A stretch of 50,614 bases of DNA from Protoeuglena noctilucae (Eukaryota), in the NCBI GenBank assembly GCA_958009085.1, contig OY253690.1, positions 372,001 to 422,614 of the forward strand, written 5' to 3'. Below, one piece after another: positions 1-9,195 of this stretch (its first letter is position 1; every line of letters begins with the position of its first letter). The notes under the pieces are model-generated. The model saw only the letters and a list, made by a program, of their open reading frames with translations. It was not told the DNA's origin and did no database searches. The translations under genes and the position numbers were made by a program.

Positions 1-2886
1 GTCACGCCCACGGGCTTCTTCCCCGGCGTGCACGGGTTCGCCATGACCTACCCCGCGAACCTGGCCCAAAACAACGGGGGCCAGATCAACGCCTCGGCCG
101 TCGACGCATCGGGCAACTTGTATGTGTGCGTGTACACCGCGATGGGCTCCTCGACGACGACGAACTACATCAAGAGCCTCAACGGGGACACGAGCCTCCA
201 GGTCGCGGTGAACGACGCCAACTCTTCGGGCGCCGCGCCGTACGTGGCCAAGTTCGACCCGACCGGCACCCTCTTGTGGGCGTGGAAGCCCCTCGACAAC
301 CACTCGACCGTCTCCTCGAACAACGCCACATGCGTCGGCGTGGAGGTGCAGTCCAACGGGCACATCCAGTATGTCTTCAGCCTCCACTTCGGGGACTTCG
401 ACTCGTTCAACCCGGACGGGACTCTTCGGACGTCCGGCTTCGTCAGCGACCGATGCATCGATTACGTGCAGCTCACCGTGAATAGCGCGGGGGCCATCGT
501 GTCCTTCACCACGCCGGTCTCGACGAACGTCGGGGCGGCCACGGGATACAACGCCTGGTTCCCCGAGACGATGGCGTGGAACGGCAAGACCCTCATGAGC
601 ATCACCACGGCGTGGGGACCCAACGCGTACACGACCTCGCCCACCCGGCTCTACTTCGGCAACACGGGGCCAATCGGCTACTACAACGCCGCCTTCGTGT
701 ACCTGAACGATGACGCCGTCGCCATGATGGCCAACCCGATCCAGCTCACGGCGTCGAGCGAGCAGCTCGAGGTGGCCGGGATGACCACCGACTCGTCCAA
801 CAACCTCTTCGTCAGCCTGCTGTACTACGGCGGCGGGGGCTCCCGCACCATCAACAACCTCTCGAGCAACTCGTCCTCTGGGCACACCGTCACCCTCCCG
901 GCCGCGTGGTGCAACGTCGTCCTCTGGTACAATTCGTCCGGCGTGTACGTGGGCACGCCGCTCATGATCACCACCAACGCGAACGCCATGCTCGACATCG
1001 AGTGCGACGGCTCCGGAAACATCTACGGCTATTGGGCCACGTCGGACGCGAGCGTCACCGTCGGCGGCGTCACCGCCACCAGCAAGTACACGCCGTCCGG
1101 GTGGCTGGTCAAGTTCACGCCGACGGGCACCGTGAGCAAGCTCGCCTCGTGCATCGACGCCTCCGCCCTGAGCAGCACGTGGTTGGACTACAACCGGCGG
1201 CTCATGTTCGACGCCACCAACGGCCTCATGTTCCTCTGCCTCCAATGGGGCGGGACGGCGACGGGGACGGCCCTCACCAACCTCGACGGCTCCGCGAGCT
1301 CCGTCGTGAGCCCCAACCGTCCCGGCGGGACCGGCGCGAGCATCTTCGCCCTCAACTGCTCCACCGACAAGTGGGTTTTCGCCTTCACGCCGCTCGGGGT
1401 GGCGACCGGCCACCTCACGTCCGTGTACCAGAGCTACCGCGCGGCCCACGGCAAGCTCCTCGTCAACGGCTACGTCTCGACGGACCAGACGTCCTTGCAG
1501 GTGTACAACGGAGACAAGACGTCCACCACCTCCCTCACGACGGACTCGGCCGCGTACGGCAACTCGACGTACCAGCCCCTCCTCCTCGCCTACTCGTACA
1601 ACGCCACGCCCATGTCGGCCACGCTCCCGCTCCCGTCGCCGTCGTCGGGCAACTTCCTCGAGAAGACGCTGATCATGCAGCCGGGGCTGTCGTACGTGCT
1701 GACGGAGCAGAACAACGCGGGCGACAACACCCGGACCATCCCCACGGCGGCGACGGGCCTCACGGTCGTCCAGTACTACTACGCCGGCGACGCGTGGAGC
1801 CCCGACTTCTCCACCGTCGACCTCGTCAACACCGTCGTCTACGACAGCTCCTCCACCACCACAACCGTCTCCAACACGGACGCCGCCACGCTCAACGGCC
1901 TCGCCTCGAGCCAGTTCGTGAGGTCCGACGTGGCGTCGGGCGTGTCGTGCGCCTCGTCGACCCGGGCCTTCGCCGTAAACAACCAGGCGGGCGGTTTCCA
2001 GGTGGCGAGCTTCCAGTCGGCCGGGACCGAGGTCCTCGGCGTCTCGCCGGGCGCCGTCGCCGTCGCGGGGAGCCTGACCGTGTCGGGCGGGATCTCCGGC
2101 TCCCTCCCATGGTCGGGCGTCACGGGCATGCCGACGTACATCGGCTACGTGTCCACCCTCACGTCCGACTGCCAGAGCCAGCTCGACGCCCTCCGCACGT
2201 CATCGTTCCTCAGCCTCTCGGGCGGGACGGTCAGCGGCACGGTGACGGCGACGTCCTTCATCGCCGACGGGAGCATCACGTGCCAGAGCCTCTCGACGTC
2301 GGGCGCGGTGCGGATCGACGCGTCCAACCCGGGCCCGCTCGTGTACACGCAGTATCCCGCGGGGGTCTCGGACTCGTACGGGCTCGCCCAGGAGTCGAGC
2401 GGGAGGTTGTACCTGTACGCCTCGAGCTACTACGCGAGCTCGACAATCCAGCTCGGGTTCGTGACGGGGGCGGGGACGTACGCGTCCAAGGTCGTCGTGT
2501 CGCAGGGGAGCCCCGAGGTGGCCGTGTCGGGGAGCGTGAAGGCGTCGGGGAGCCTCAACTTCGACAGCGGGGTGATCCCGAGCGTGGGGCCGAGCTCCTC
2601 CGTCATCGTGGCGGGGACGGCCGCCGTCGTCGGCGCCGACCACCAGGCCATGACGCCGGGTCTCTACCGCTGCACGCTGGTGGGGTACAACAACGTGGTG
2701 CCCAGCTTCTCCGAGGTCGTGATCCACGCCCAGGACGCGGGGTCCGGGAACCTGACGATGTACATGTCGGGCCAGGACGCGAACGTCTACCTGCTGTGGT
2801 CGTACGCCAACAACGAGATCCAGATCAACAACACCTCCGGCGTCACCTACGCCAACGTCGCGTGGAGCGTTCAGAAGATCGGGTAG
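1..2886 (+). CDS. Viral fibre / receptor-binding protein with N-terminal beta-propeller (SBBP-like) repeats; 5' end truncated by the window
   Basis: Frame is open from base 1. Propeller-type motifs: AVDASGNLYV, YVAKFDPTGTLLW, TDSSNNLFV, CDGSGNIYG, LVKFTPTG. Tail-fibre motifs: DAATLNGLASSQFVRSD, IGYVSTLTSDCQSQLD, LSLSGGTVSG. Beta-rich C-terminal head. Confidence 0.75.
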   Translation, partial: VTPTGFFPGVHGFAMTYPANLAQNNGGQINASAVDASGNLYVCVYTAMGSSTTTNYIKSLNGDTSLQVAVNDANSSGAAPYVAKFDPTGTLLWAWKPLDNHSTVSSNNATCVGVEVQSNGHIQYVFSLHFGDFDSFNPDGTLRTSGFVSDRCIDYVQLTVNSAGAIVSFTTPVSTNVGAATGYNAWFPETMAWNGKTLMSITTAWGPNAYTTSPTRLYFGNTGPIGYYNAAFVYLNDDAVAMMANPIQLTASSEQLEVAGMTTDSSNNLFVSLLYYGGGGSRTINNLSSNSSSGHTVTLPAAWCNVVLWYNSSGVYVGTPLMITTNANAMLDIECDGSGNIYGYWATSDASVTVGGVTATSKYTPSGWLVKFTPTGTVSKLASCIDASALSSTWLDYNRRLMFDATNGLMFLCLQWGGTATGTALTNLDGSASSVVSPNRPGGTGASIFALNCSTDKWVFAFTPLGVATGHLTSVYQSYRAAHGKLLVNGYVSTDQTSLQVYNGDKTSTTSLTTDSAAYGNSTYQPLLLAYSYNATPMSATLPLPSPSSGNFLEKTLIMQPGLSYVLTEQNNAGDNTRTIPTAATGLTVVQYYYAGDAWSPDFSTVDLVNTVVYDSSSTTTTVSNTDAATLNGLASSQFVRSDVASGVSCASSTRAFAVNNQAGGFQVASFQSAGTEVLGVSPGAVAVAGSLTVSGGISGSLPWSGVTGMPTYIGYVSTLTSDCQSQLDALRTSSFLSLSGGTVSGTVTATSFIADGSITCQSLSTSGAVRIDASNPGPLVYTQYPAGVSDSYGLAQESSGRLYLYASSYYASSTIQLGFVTGAGTYASKVVVSQGSPEVAVSGSVKASGSLNFDSGVIPSVGPSSSVIVAGTAAVVGADHQAMTPGLYRCTLVGYNNVVPSFSEVVIHAQDAGSGNLTMYMSGQDANVYLLWSYANNEIQINNTSGVTYANVAWSVQKIG

Positions 2887-2992
2887 CGTCGCCCGACGAG
2901 ATGAGGGTAAACGCCGTCATGGTATGCCCGGAAGTGTGTGACTAGAATCGGCCCCGACCCATTCGCGCCCTTCCCTCCGTACAACAATCAAG

Positions 2993-3445
2993 ATGACCGA
3001 CCTGCACCCTCTGATCGTGGCCGAGGCCGACGATGTCATCACCGCCGTCCGGGCGAATCCGGACTTCAAGTACGTCCGGTTCAGCGCCTACGGCCCCCCC
3101 GAGCAGCCCCTCGACGAACTCATTCGGCGCGGGAACGACGGCGTCCTCCCGGAAAGCGACGTCGAGCTTCACATGCGGATCTACGGCGACTTCGAGGAGC
3201 GCCACTCGGCCGGTGGCGAGGTCTGCTTCTGGAGAATCCAGTACCGGGGCCACCGGATCGCGAGCCGGCGCGAACGCGCCAAGGAGCTCGCCATCGCCGA
3301 CATGAGGCGGCTCGAGAAAGTCGTCTCGTACCACCACCCGGACGTGGGCGTCATGAAGCGGGGCCTCACGAAGAGAGAGTTCCGGGAGTTCTTCGATGAT
3401 CAGGGTGAGCCGATCACGAACGCCTCGTCGAGGTTCCTCCGGTAG
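2993..3445 (+). CDS. Hypothetical viral protein (150 aa)
   Basis: ATG-started ORF with GC3-rich codon usage like its neighbours; 3' end overlaps the convergent ATPase gene. Confidence 0.6.
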   Translation: MTDLHPLIVAEADDVITAVRANPDFKYVRFSAYGPPEQPLDELIRRGNDGVLPESDVELHMRIYGDFEERHSAGGEVCFWRIQYRGHRIASRRERAKELAIADMRRLEKVVSYHHPDVGVMKRGLTKREFREFFDDQGEPITNASSRFLR

Positions 3446-4302
3446 CGCTCCGGGAGCGGGAGGAGCTTCAGCCCGACGAAGCAGTCGTGGCTGCCCACCG
3501 TGGCCTGGTCCCACATCGCGATGAACTGCTCGGGCGTGATGTCGTCGTCACACAGCGACGCCGCGATGTCCTTCTTGACCTTCATGTTCGAGCACTTGTA
3601 CAAGGCGAAGGTGTTCACCATGCTCCGCAGGCTGAGCGGCAGCGTCTGCGTCCAGCTCTGACTCGAGATGAAAACGGAGCAGCGTCGGTGCCGGCACAGG
3701 ATCACGAAGCGGTTCAGCGGCCCGCTCATCCACCGGCTGAAGACGGTGTTGTCCCCGAGGTGGTCGTCGATGACCAGGCATGCCGTGGGCTTGCCGCGGG
3801 GGTACCTCGGGGCCGGCTTCCAGTCGAAGAAGTCGAGCAGGTCGAGCTCCTCGCCGGTCAGCCTCTCGATCTCGGGCTGGCCGAACTCGTTCGACGGCAG
3901 CCGCCTGAACTTCTGGTACACGGGCGCGTAGGACTCGCCCAGCTCGTGGCGGCTGAGGTGGTGCTCGATCACGTCCGTCACGTGGTCCATGTCGAAGTGG
4001 TCGAGGTACTCGATGTCGACGCCGAGCGCCCTGAACGCATTCAGGGTGCCCTTCACCTTCTTGTCGCGGCCGCTCGTCGGCGAGCACCAGAAGACCCGGT
4101 CCCACGCCTTGGCCTCCAGGTACATCTTGAGGAAGTTGAGGAGGAACGTCGACTTGCCGCGGCCGATCCCGCCGACGACGTAGCCGAACAGCACCTGGTT
4201 GTCCTTCCCCACGTCGGGGAGGCCCTCGGGCCCCTCGCGCACGTGGTCCTCGTCGCCCGACAGCGGCACGAGCCGCGGCACAGAGACCTTCGAGAACTGC
4301 AT
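3400..4302 (-). CDS. A32-like (FtsK/HerA superfamily) DNA packaging ATPase, ~300 aa
   Basis: Walker A GGIGRGKST, Walker B CLVIDD, and the A32 family motif RHRRCSVFISSQ. Start placed at MQFSKV (ATG 4302), just downstream of an A8 tract. Confidence 0.9.
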   Translation of the reverse strand: MQFSKVSVPRLVPLSGDEDHVREGPEGLPDVGKDNQVLFGYVVGGIGRGKSTFLLNFLKMYLEAKAWDRVFWCSPTSGRDKKVKGTLNAFRALGVDIEYLDHFDMDHVTDVIEHHLSRHELGESYAPVYQKFRRLPSNEFGQPEIERLTGEELDLLDFFDWKPAPRYPRGKPTACLVIDDHLGDNTVFSRWMSGPLNRFVILCRHRRCSVFISSQSWTQTLPLSLRSMVNTFALYKCSNMKVKKDIAASLCDDDITPEQFIAMWDQATVGSHDCFVGLKLLPLPERYRRNLDEAFVIGSP

Positions 4303-4344
4303 GCAGAAAGAGGCGGCTTTTTTTTCGAGCGTTCCCGCAAAAGC

Positions 4345-4683
4345 ATGTCCACGTACACGATGGCTGACGTCCGCGCCCTCGAGCGGGAGATCCAGCGCGC
4401 TCACCCGGGCCTCGACTCGTGGTTCGCCCAGGTCCTCGCCCACCAGCACCTCCGCGACGACCTCGGCCGGGAATTTCAGGACCAGGAGCATGCGCCGCTG
4501 CTTTGTTCTCCAATCGAGGCACTCCCTGACGAGCGGGGTGCTGACGTGGGCGACGGGGAGCCTGAGCTTCCCGACCGAGACGCTGCGGGTCCGCCTGGCG
4601 GCGGTCCTGATGCCGGCGGTGAGCTTCCAGGCGCGGGCGCCCATCACGCTGACGCTGAACGGGGCGGCGACCAGCCTGCCTGA
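4345..4683 (+). CDS. Small hypothetical viral protein (112 aa) overlapping the penton gene start
   Basis: ATG at 4345, divergent from the ATPase. N-terminal ~50 aa look helical (MSTYTMADVRALEREIQRAHPGLDSWFAQVL); the rest overlaps the next gene in another frame. Confidence 0.4.
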   Translation: MSTYTMADVRALEREIQRAHPGLDSWFAQVLAHQHLRDDLGREFQDQEHAPLLCSPIEALPDERGADVGDGEPELPDRDAAGPPGGGPDAGGELPGAGAHHADAERGGDQPA

Positions 4684-5176
4684 CACGACGCTCGCCAGCT
4701 ACGAGGACACGGCCGCGTGGCTGACGGCCAACACGACGGGGCTCTCGTGGGACTACATCGAGTCCAGCAACCTCTTCCGCGTGACCAACGCGAGCGGCGC
4801 CCCCGCGACGGTCCAGTGCGACCCGCTCGGCTTCGGGACGGCCGTCGTCGTGCCCGACGGCGCGTCCGTCTCGGGGGAGGTGCAGCCGGTCCTCCAGTGG
4901 CTCCACGGCATCGTGGTCCGATGCAACCTGTTCCGCGGCCTCGCTTCGACGGCCGGCGGCTCCGTCGACGCCGGCGACGTCGCGGGGGTCGTGTCCACGG
5001 ACGGCGAGACGATCCGCTGGGAGAACCTGTCGGACGACTACCAGGTGTGCCGCTCGGACGCCGTCCGCTCGGGCATAGAGGTGCGGCTCCAGGACCTCGA
5101 CGGCAACCTCCTCGTGCCGACCCGCAACGTCACCGTCGTGCTGTCGATCGCCCCGAATTTTACCGGGGTGGAGTAA
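4490..5176 (+). CDS. Probable minor capsid (penton, single jelly-roll) protein, 228 aa
   Basis: All-beta composition. N-terminal FVLQSR...LRVRLAAVLMP, central IVVRCNL, and C-terminal IEVRLQDLDGNLL...VTVVLSI match the pattern I recognise in PLV/virophage minor capsid proteins. Adjacent to the packaging ATPase. Confidence 0.7.
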   Translation: MRRCFVLQSRHSLTSGVLTWATGSLSFPTETLRVRLAAVLMPAVSFQARAPITLTLNGAATSLPDTTLASYEDTAAWLTANTTGLSWDYIESSNLFRVTNASGAPATVQCDPLGFGTAVVVPDGASVSGEVQPVLQWLHGIVVRCNLFRGLASTAGGSVDAGDVAGVVSTDGETIRWENLSDDYQVCRSDAVRSGIEVRLQDLDGNLLVPTRNVTVVLSIAPNFTGVE

Positions 5177-5178
5177 AC

Positions 5179-7008
5179 ATGGCCGACGACACGCTCTGGA
5201 TCTGGCATGACGTCCTCGAGGGGCTCCGCCAGATCCGACCCCGGACGGAGGACGTCGAGCGCCTGCAGGCCGCCGTCGAGCGGGTGCGGGGGATGACGAC
5301 GAGGGAGAGGCTCGACCTCGCCACGCGGCTCTACGTCCACGAGACGGGCTCGCCCGACGTCCACGAGGGCACCGTCGACCTGGTCGACCGCCTCATGCGG
5401 CTCGAGGCCGCCAACCTCATCGCGGAGATCCGCCCCGGCCCCAACCAGGTCACCCTCCCCGCCTACCACGACCGCCGCCTCACCTTCCGCACCTCCCTTC
5501 CGCGCCTCGACTTCCTCGCCGACATCGACCACCTGGTCGCGGAGCGCAAGTCGTCCCCCCCGCCACTCGTCAACCCCCACAAGCGCGCCGCCGAGCGCGA
5601 CGCCGTCAACCCCAACGCCCCCAAGAGGTTCCGCACGCACGAGCCCGAGGAGTCGGAGACCGCCGCCGTCGCGCCCGTCGCGCCCGAGGAGTCCGAGGAG
5701 ACGAGGTCAGTGGCGGTGCGAGCCCCGAAGTGGAAGCGCGACCAGCTCCAGGCGCGCGGCGGGCCGTCGAAGTCGAAGGCTACTTCAAACCACTCGGCGC
5801 TCCGCCTCGCGGACCTCGAGGGGTACGAGCGGTCGGGCGGGCTGTCCCGCGTGACGGAGGAGCCTGCTGTGTCCGAGTCCGTCGGCGAGAGCCCGTCGAC
5901 GACGTCGAAGGCGGCCGGGCCGAGCGAGGCCGGGCCAAGCGAGACGGTCCGCGTCTCCGAGGCGACGAACGCGTACGCCCCCGAACCGGCCTCGCCGGCG
6001 TCTCGGCTGCCCGCGATCACGGAGGAGTCGTCGCGGAGCACGGGCATCGGCGGGGCCGCCCGCACGACGACTGTGTGGGACACCATCAACTCGCTCCGCA
6101 AGCGGGTGGGGCTCCCGCGGATGCGATTCGACGCCGAGATCCAGACCGAGCCCCCCGAGGAGCCCATGCCCGAGCGGCCCCCGTCGCCACACGAGGAAAC
6201 CGCGATGGCCGAGGTGCCGCCGTCGCCGCGGTTCGAGCGCGTGGACAACCCGGAGATCGCGATGTACGAGCTGCCCGACATCGTCCCCAAGGGCACCAAG
6301 ACCGGCCGCGGCGTCCGGAAGGGGAAGTCGAAGCCGACCAAGGTGGTGGTCTTCCGGGACGGCCCGGGCGGGCCGCCCGGACCTCCGGGAGCCGGACCCG
6401 GGACCGCCATCATGGAGCCGGAGGAGCCGGAGGAGCCATCCGGTGCGGGGCCGTCGACGGCGGGGGCAGGGGGCGGCGCACCTCCTCCCGGACCGCCTCC
6501 GGGCGCTGTCGAGGACGACAACGGCGTCCCGGACCACGCCGTGATCCGGCTGGCCGAGCTGACGCAGGGTCCGGGGTACTCCGTGGCTGCAGGAGGGGGC
6601 GGGGAGCCCCCGGGCGGTCCCGGACCCGACGGCGGGGACGTGTACGAGGACGAGCCGATGGGGCCGCCGATGCCGACGGGGACGCACGACGCCGTCGTCG
6701 CCGACCCGCCCACGGCGTCGCAGCCGGCCGCCGAGCCGGAGCCCGACGTCCCCATGGACCCGGAGTTGGGTCAGGAGCCAGCCGCTGGTCCCGTCCCGAA
6801 GGAGGAGCCGGACGACTACGGGCCCATGCCGGTGGACCACGGCTACCTGGAGGAACACGAGACGAAGTGGCCGCCGTTCGACGGGGGCTCCCCCGAGGAC
6901 GACGCAGGCGTCGACCCTGTGTCGGCGTCGGACGCGGACCCCGAGTGGCCGCGGCTACGCCCGCCGATGCACAGGATGCTCGGCATCTGGTCACGATTTA
7001 CTATATAG
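5179..7008 (+). CDS. Hypothetical viral protein, 609 aa: helical N-terminal domain plus long acidic Pro/Glu/Gly-rich disordered tail
   Basis: ATG 2 nt after the penton stop; long ORF; low-complexity PEEP/PGPPG segments. Confidence 0.65.
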   Translation: MADDTLWIWHDVLEGLRQIRPRTEDVERLQAAVERVRGMTTRERLDLATRLYVHETGSPDVHEGTVDLVDRLMRLEAANLIAEIRPGPNQVTLPAYHDRRLTFRTSLPRLDFLADIDHLVAERKSSPPPLVNPHKRAAERDAVNPNAPKRFRTHEPEESETAAVAPVAPEESEETRSVAVRAPKWKRDQLQARGGPSKSKATSNHSALRLADLEGYERSGGLSRVTEEPAVSESVGESPSTTSKAAGPSEAGPSETVRVSEATNAYAPEPASPASRLPAITEESSRSTGIGGAARTTTVWDTINSLRKRVGLPRMRFDAEIQTEPPEEPMPERPPSPHEETAMAEVPPSPRFERVDNPEIAMYELPDIVPKGTKTGRGVRKGKSKPTKVVVFRDGPGGPPGPPGAGPGTAIMEPEEPEEPSGAGPSTAGAGGGAPPPGPPPGAVEDDNGVPDHAVIRLAELTQGPGYSVAAGGGGEPPGGPGPDGGDVYEDEPMGPPMPTGTHDAVVADPPTASQPAAEPEPDVPMDPELGQEPAAGPVPKEEPDDYGPMPVDHGYLEEHETKWPPFDGGSPEDDAGVDPVSASDADPEWPRLRPPMHRMLGIWSRFTI

Positions 7009-7021
7009 GGGGGTAGACATC

Positions 7022-7648
7022 ATGGACGCCCGCACCATGGCCCTCCTCGCGCAGGGCGCCTACCACTCCGACCCCGTCGTCGGCCCGTGGGTCCGTCGGG
7101 GGGGCACGCGGACCATCCACGTCTACCGCAGGGCCGACGACCCGGGCGTCGAGGCGATCGCGTACCGCGGCACGGAGGTGTCGGACCTCGACGACGTCAT
7201 GACGGACCTCGAGCTCATGGCGGCGGGGGGGATGGGGTCGGGCGCCTTCTGGCTGCCCGTCAACGCCGCCCTCAAGGACCGCGTGCAGGAGGCCGTGGCT
7301 TTCGCCCGCACCCGCGTCAGACCCGGCGTCAGGCTGGTCCACGTCGGCCACTCGCTCGGAGGGACGTGCGCCCTCCGCGCCGCCTACGTGGCGGGGGGGA
7401 TCGCCAACGCCTTCGCCCCGTACGTCCCCGTCCGCCTCCCGTGGAACCAGCTCAGGTACCGCCCGGGCATGACGGTGTACGGCAACCGCGTCGACCCCAT
7501 CATGTGGGAGACGATGCTCGACCGCAACTTCCGCCCGGGCTCGGGGTCCGCGAGGTGGAGGCTGATCAGCGAGGCGGGGCAGGGGCCGACCCGGGCGGAC
7601 CAGATGGGGCACGGCCTCGGCCCGTGGACGAGCGGCCGCGCGGCGTGA
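7022..7648 (+). CDS. Class-3-like lipase (alpha/beta hydrolase)
   Basis: Nucleophile motif VGHSLGG (GxSxG) and upstream IAYRGT...DVMTDL motif. Lipases are a known PLV accessory gene. Confidence 0.85.
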   Translation: MDARTMALLAQGAYHSDPVVGPWVRRGGTRTIHVYRRADDPGVEAIAYRGTEVSDLDDVMTDLELMAAGGMGSGAFWLPVNAALKDRVQEAVAFARTRVRPGVRLVHVGHSLGGTCALRAAYVAGGIANAFAPYVPVRLPWNQLRYRPGMTVYGNRVDPIMWETMLDRNFRPGSGSARWRLISEAGQGPTRADQMGHGLGPWTSGRAA

Positions 7649-7679
7649 ACGTCGTGAAAAAATAATCGCCCGCGGGGCA

Positions 7680-8666
7680 ATGACGAAGCTCCGCGTCGCC
7701 GACCTCTTCTGTGGCCTCGGGTCCTTCCACCGCGCCGCCAAGGCGCTCGGCCACGAGGTCGTCTTCGCCGCCGACCTGGACCCGCGGGTCCGAGAGGTGT
7801 ACCGCGAGACGCACGGCCTCGAGCCCGCGGGGGACATCGGGACTGTCGACTGGGGCGCCGTCCCCGACTTCGACGTGCTGTGCGCGGGGCCCCCCTGCCA
7901 GAGCTTCTCCACGGCGGGGCGGCGGGGCGGCCTGGGCGACGCCCGCGGCGACCTCATCCTCAAGATCGCCGACGTCCTGCGCGCGAAGCGGCCGCGGTGG
8001 TTCGTCGTCGAGAACGTCCCCGGCCTCGTCACCATCGACGCGGGCGAGGCCTTCCGCACCGTCCTGCGGACGTACAAGGACGCGGGCTACCGGGTCAAGT
8101 GGGCCATCCTCCGCAGCCACGAGCACGGCCTCCCGCTCTTCCGCAGACGCGTCTTCGTCGTCGGCTCCCGCGACGGCGAGCCGTGGACGCCGCCGCCGCC
8201 GATGCCCTTCGCCTCGCGCCCCACGCTGTCGGAGGCGCTCGGGAGGCCGTTCAAGGCGAGGATCTCGCGGTCGCCCAAGACGACGTACAACTCGACGGCC
8301 ACCGACAAGCGGCAGTGGGCCCGCCTCGCCCTCGAGGACGGCTCGAGCTACTGCCTCACCGCCGACGACGTCCAGAGGCTCATGGGGTGGGGGCCCGACG
8401 AGATCGATTGGGGCCGCTGGAGCTCGAGGGCCGCGAGGATCCGGATGCTGGGCAACAGCATCCCGACGTGCCTCAGCCACGCGGTCCTCGCCGGCCTAGG
8501 CGTAGAGCCGGTCGAGGGCGCGGGCCGCGCGGAGGACGAGGGCGGGGTCGGTCCCGAGCTTGAAGGAGACGGAGCGGTGCCGCTTGGAGAGCTCGAGCTC
8601 GACGGCGGCGGAGTCGGAGCCGTCGAGCAGGAGCTCCGAGCCGATCTGCTCGAGCAGAGCGCCTAG
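7680..8666 (+). CDS. DNA (cytosine-5) methyltransferase, bacterial/viral Dcm-like
   Basis: Motif I DLFCGLG, IV GPPCQSFS, VI ENVPGL, VIII RRRVFVVG, IX LTADDVQRLMG and X MLGNSI, in canonical order. Confidence 0.93.
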   Translation: MTKLRVADLFCGLGSFHRAAKALGHEVVFAADLDPRVREVYRETHGLEPAGDIGTVDWGAVPDFDVLCAGPPCQSFSTAGRRGGLGDARGDLILKIADVLRAKRPRWFVVENVPGLVTIDAGEAFRTVLRTYKDAGYRVKWAILRSHEHGLPLFRRRVFVVGSRDGEPWTPPPPMPFASRPTLSEALGRPFKARISRSPKTTYNSTATDKRQWARLALEDGSSYCLTADDVQRLMGWGPDEIDWGRWSSRAARIRMLGNSIPTCLSHAVLAGLGVEPVEGAGRAEDEGGVGPELEGDGAVPLGELELDGGGVGAVEQELRADLLEQSA

Positions 8667-8777
8667 GTCCACCTTGATCCTCGAGGCGTCGACGACCTCG
8701 ACCACGTCCACCGCCGTGCAGTCGAGCGTCGCCAGGAGCTGGCCGCCGCAGCTGAGAACCACCATCGTTATCTGCAT
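8496..8777 (-). CDS. Small hypothetical viral protein (93 aa)
   Basis: ATG at 8777 with the same upstream CCGCGGGGC context as the MTase; overlaps the non-conserved MTase tail. Confidence 0.5.
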   Translation of the reverse strand: MQITMVVLSCGGQLLATLDCTAVDVVEVVDASRIKVDLGALLEQIGSELLLDGSDSAAVELELSKRHRSVSFKLGTDPALVLRAARALDRLYA

Positions 8778-8859
8778 GCCCCGCGGAAAAAACGGCCCAA
8801 GGGGATCGGCGCCAGGCGTTGAATTAAAAGGGGGAGAGCAACACCAGCAACCAGCGAAG

Positions 8860-9195
8860 ATGATGCGGGAGAAGCGCGAAGACATGGCGCGGGCCCTGTC
8901 CCTGCCCTGTTGGTACCTGGAGTCGCGGCTCTTCCGCGACGGGCTGTTCCCCCAGATCGAGCGGCTCGACGACGCGAGGGACTTCGACGCCATCCTCGAC
9001 CTGGTCGGCGGCGACGAGGACAACGCGCTGGCCCTCCGGTACCACATGGCGGCGACGCAGGGGCTGTACAAGTGGAACATGGCCCAGGAGAGGGTGCTCG
9101 TGCCCTTCAAGCTACGCGATCTCGACGACGCCTACGTCGACCTCTACATCGCCATGTCCCGCACCACGGCGGGGGGGACGGTCGTCCTCGTGTGA
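8860..9195 (+). CDS. Small hypothetical viral protein (111 aa)
   Basis: ATG after an AT-rich intergenic islet; coding-like codon usage. Confidence 0.55.
   Translation: MMREKREDMARALSLPCWYLESRLFRDGLFPQIERLDDARDFDAILDLVGGDEDNALALRYHMAATQGLYKWNMAQERVLVPFKLRDLDDAYVDLYIAMSRTTAGGTVVLV

Noticed and set aside
3400..5176. Longer ORF-track starts for the ATPase (4686) and penton (4199)
   Set aside because: These use non-ATG starts and would overlap each other extensively; ATGs at 4302 and 4490 fit domain boundaries and the upstream AT-rich motifs.
126..9110. Many long Arg/Pro/Gly-rich alternative-frame ORFs (e.g. 906-2945, 5463-6755, 5730-7016, 7001-8077)
   Set aside because: Expected stop-poor shadows of GC3-rich genes; no recognisable motifs.
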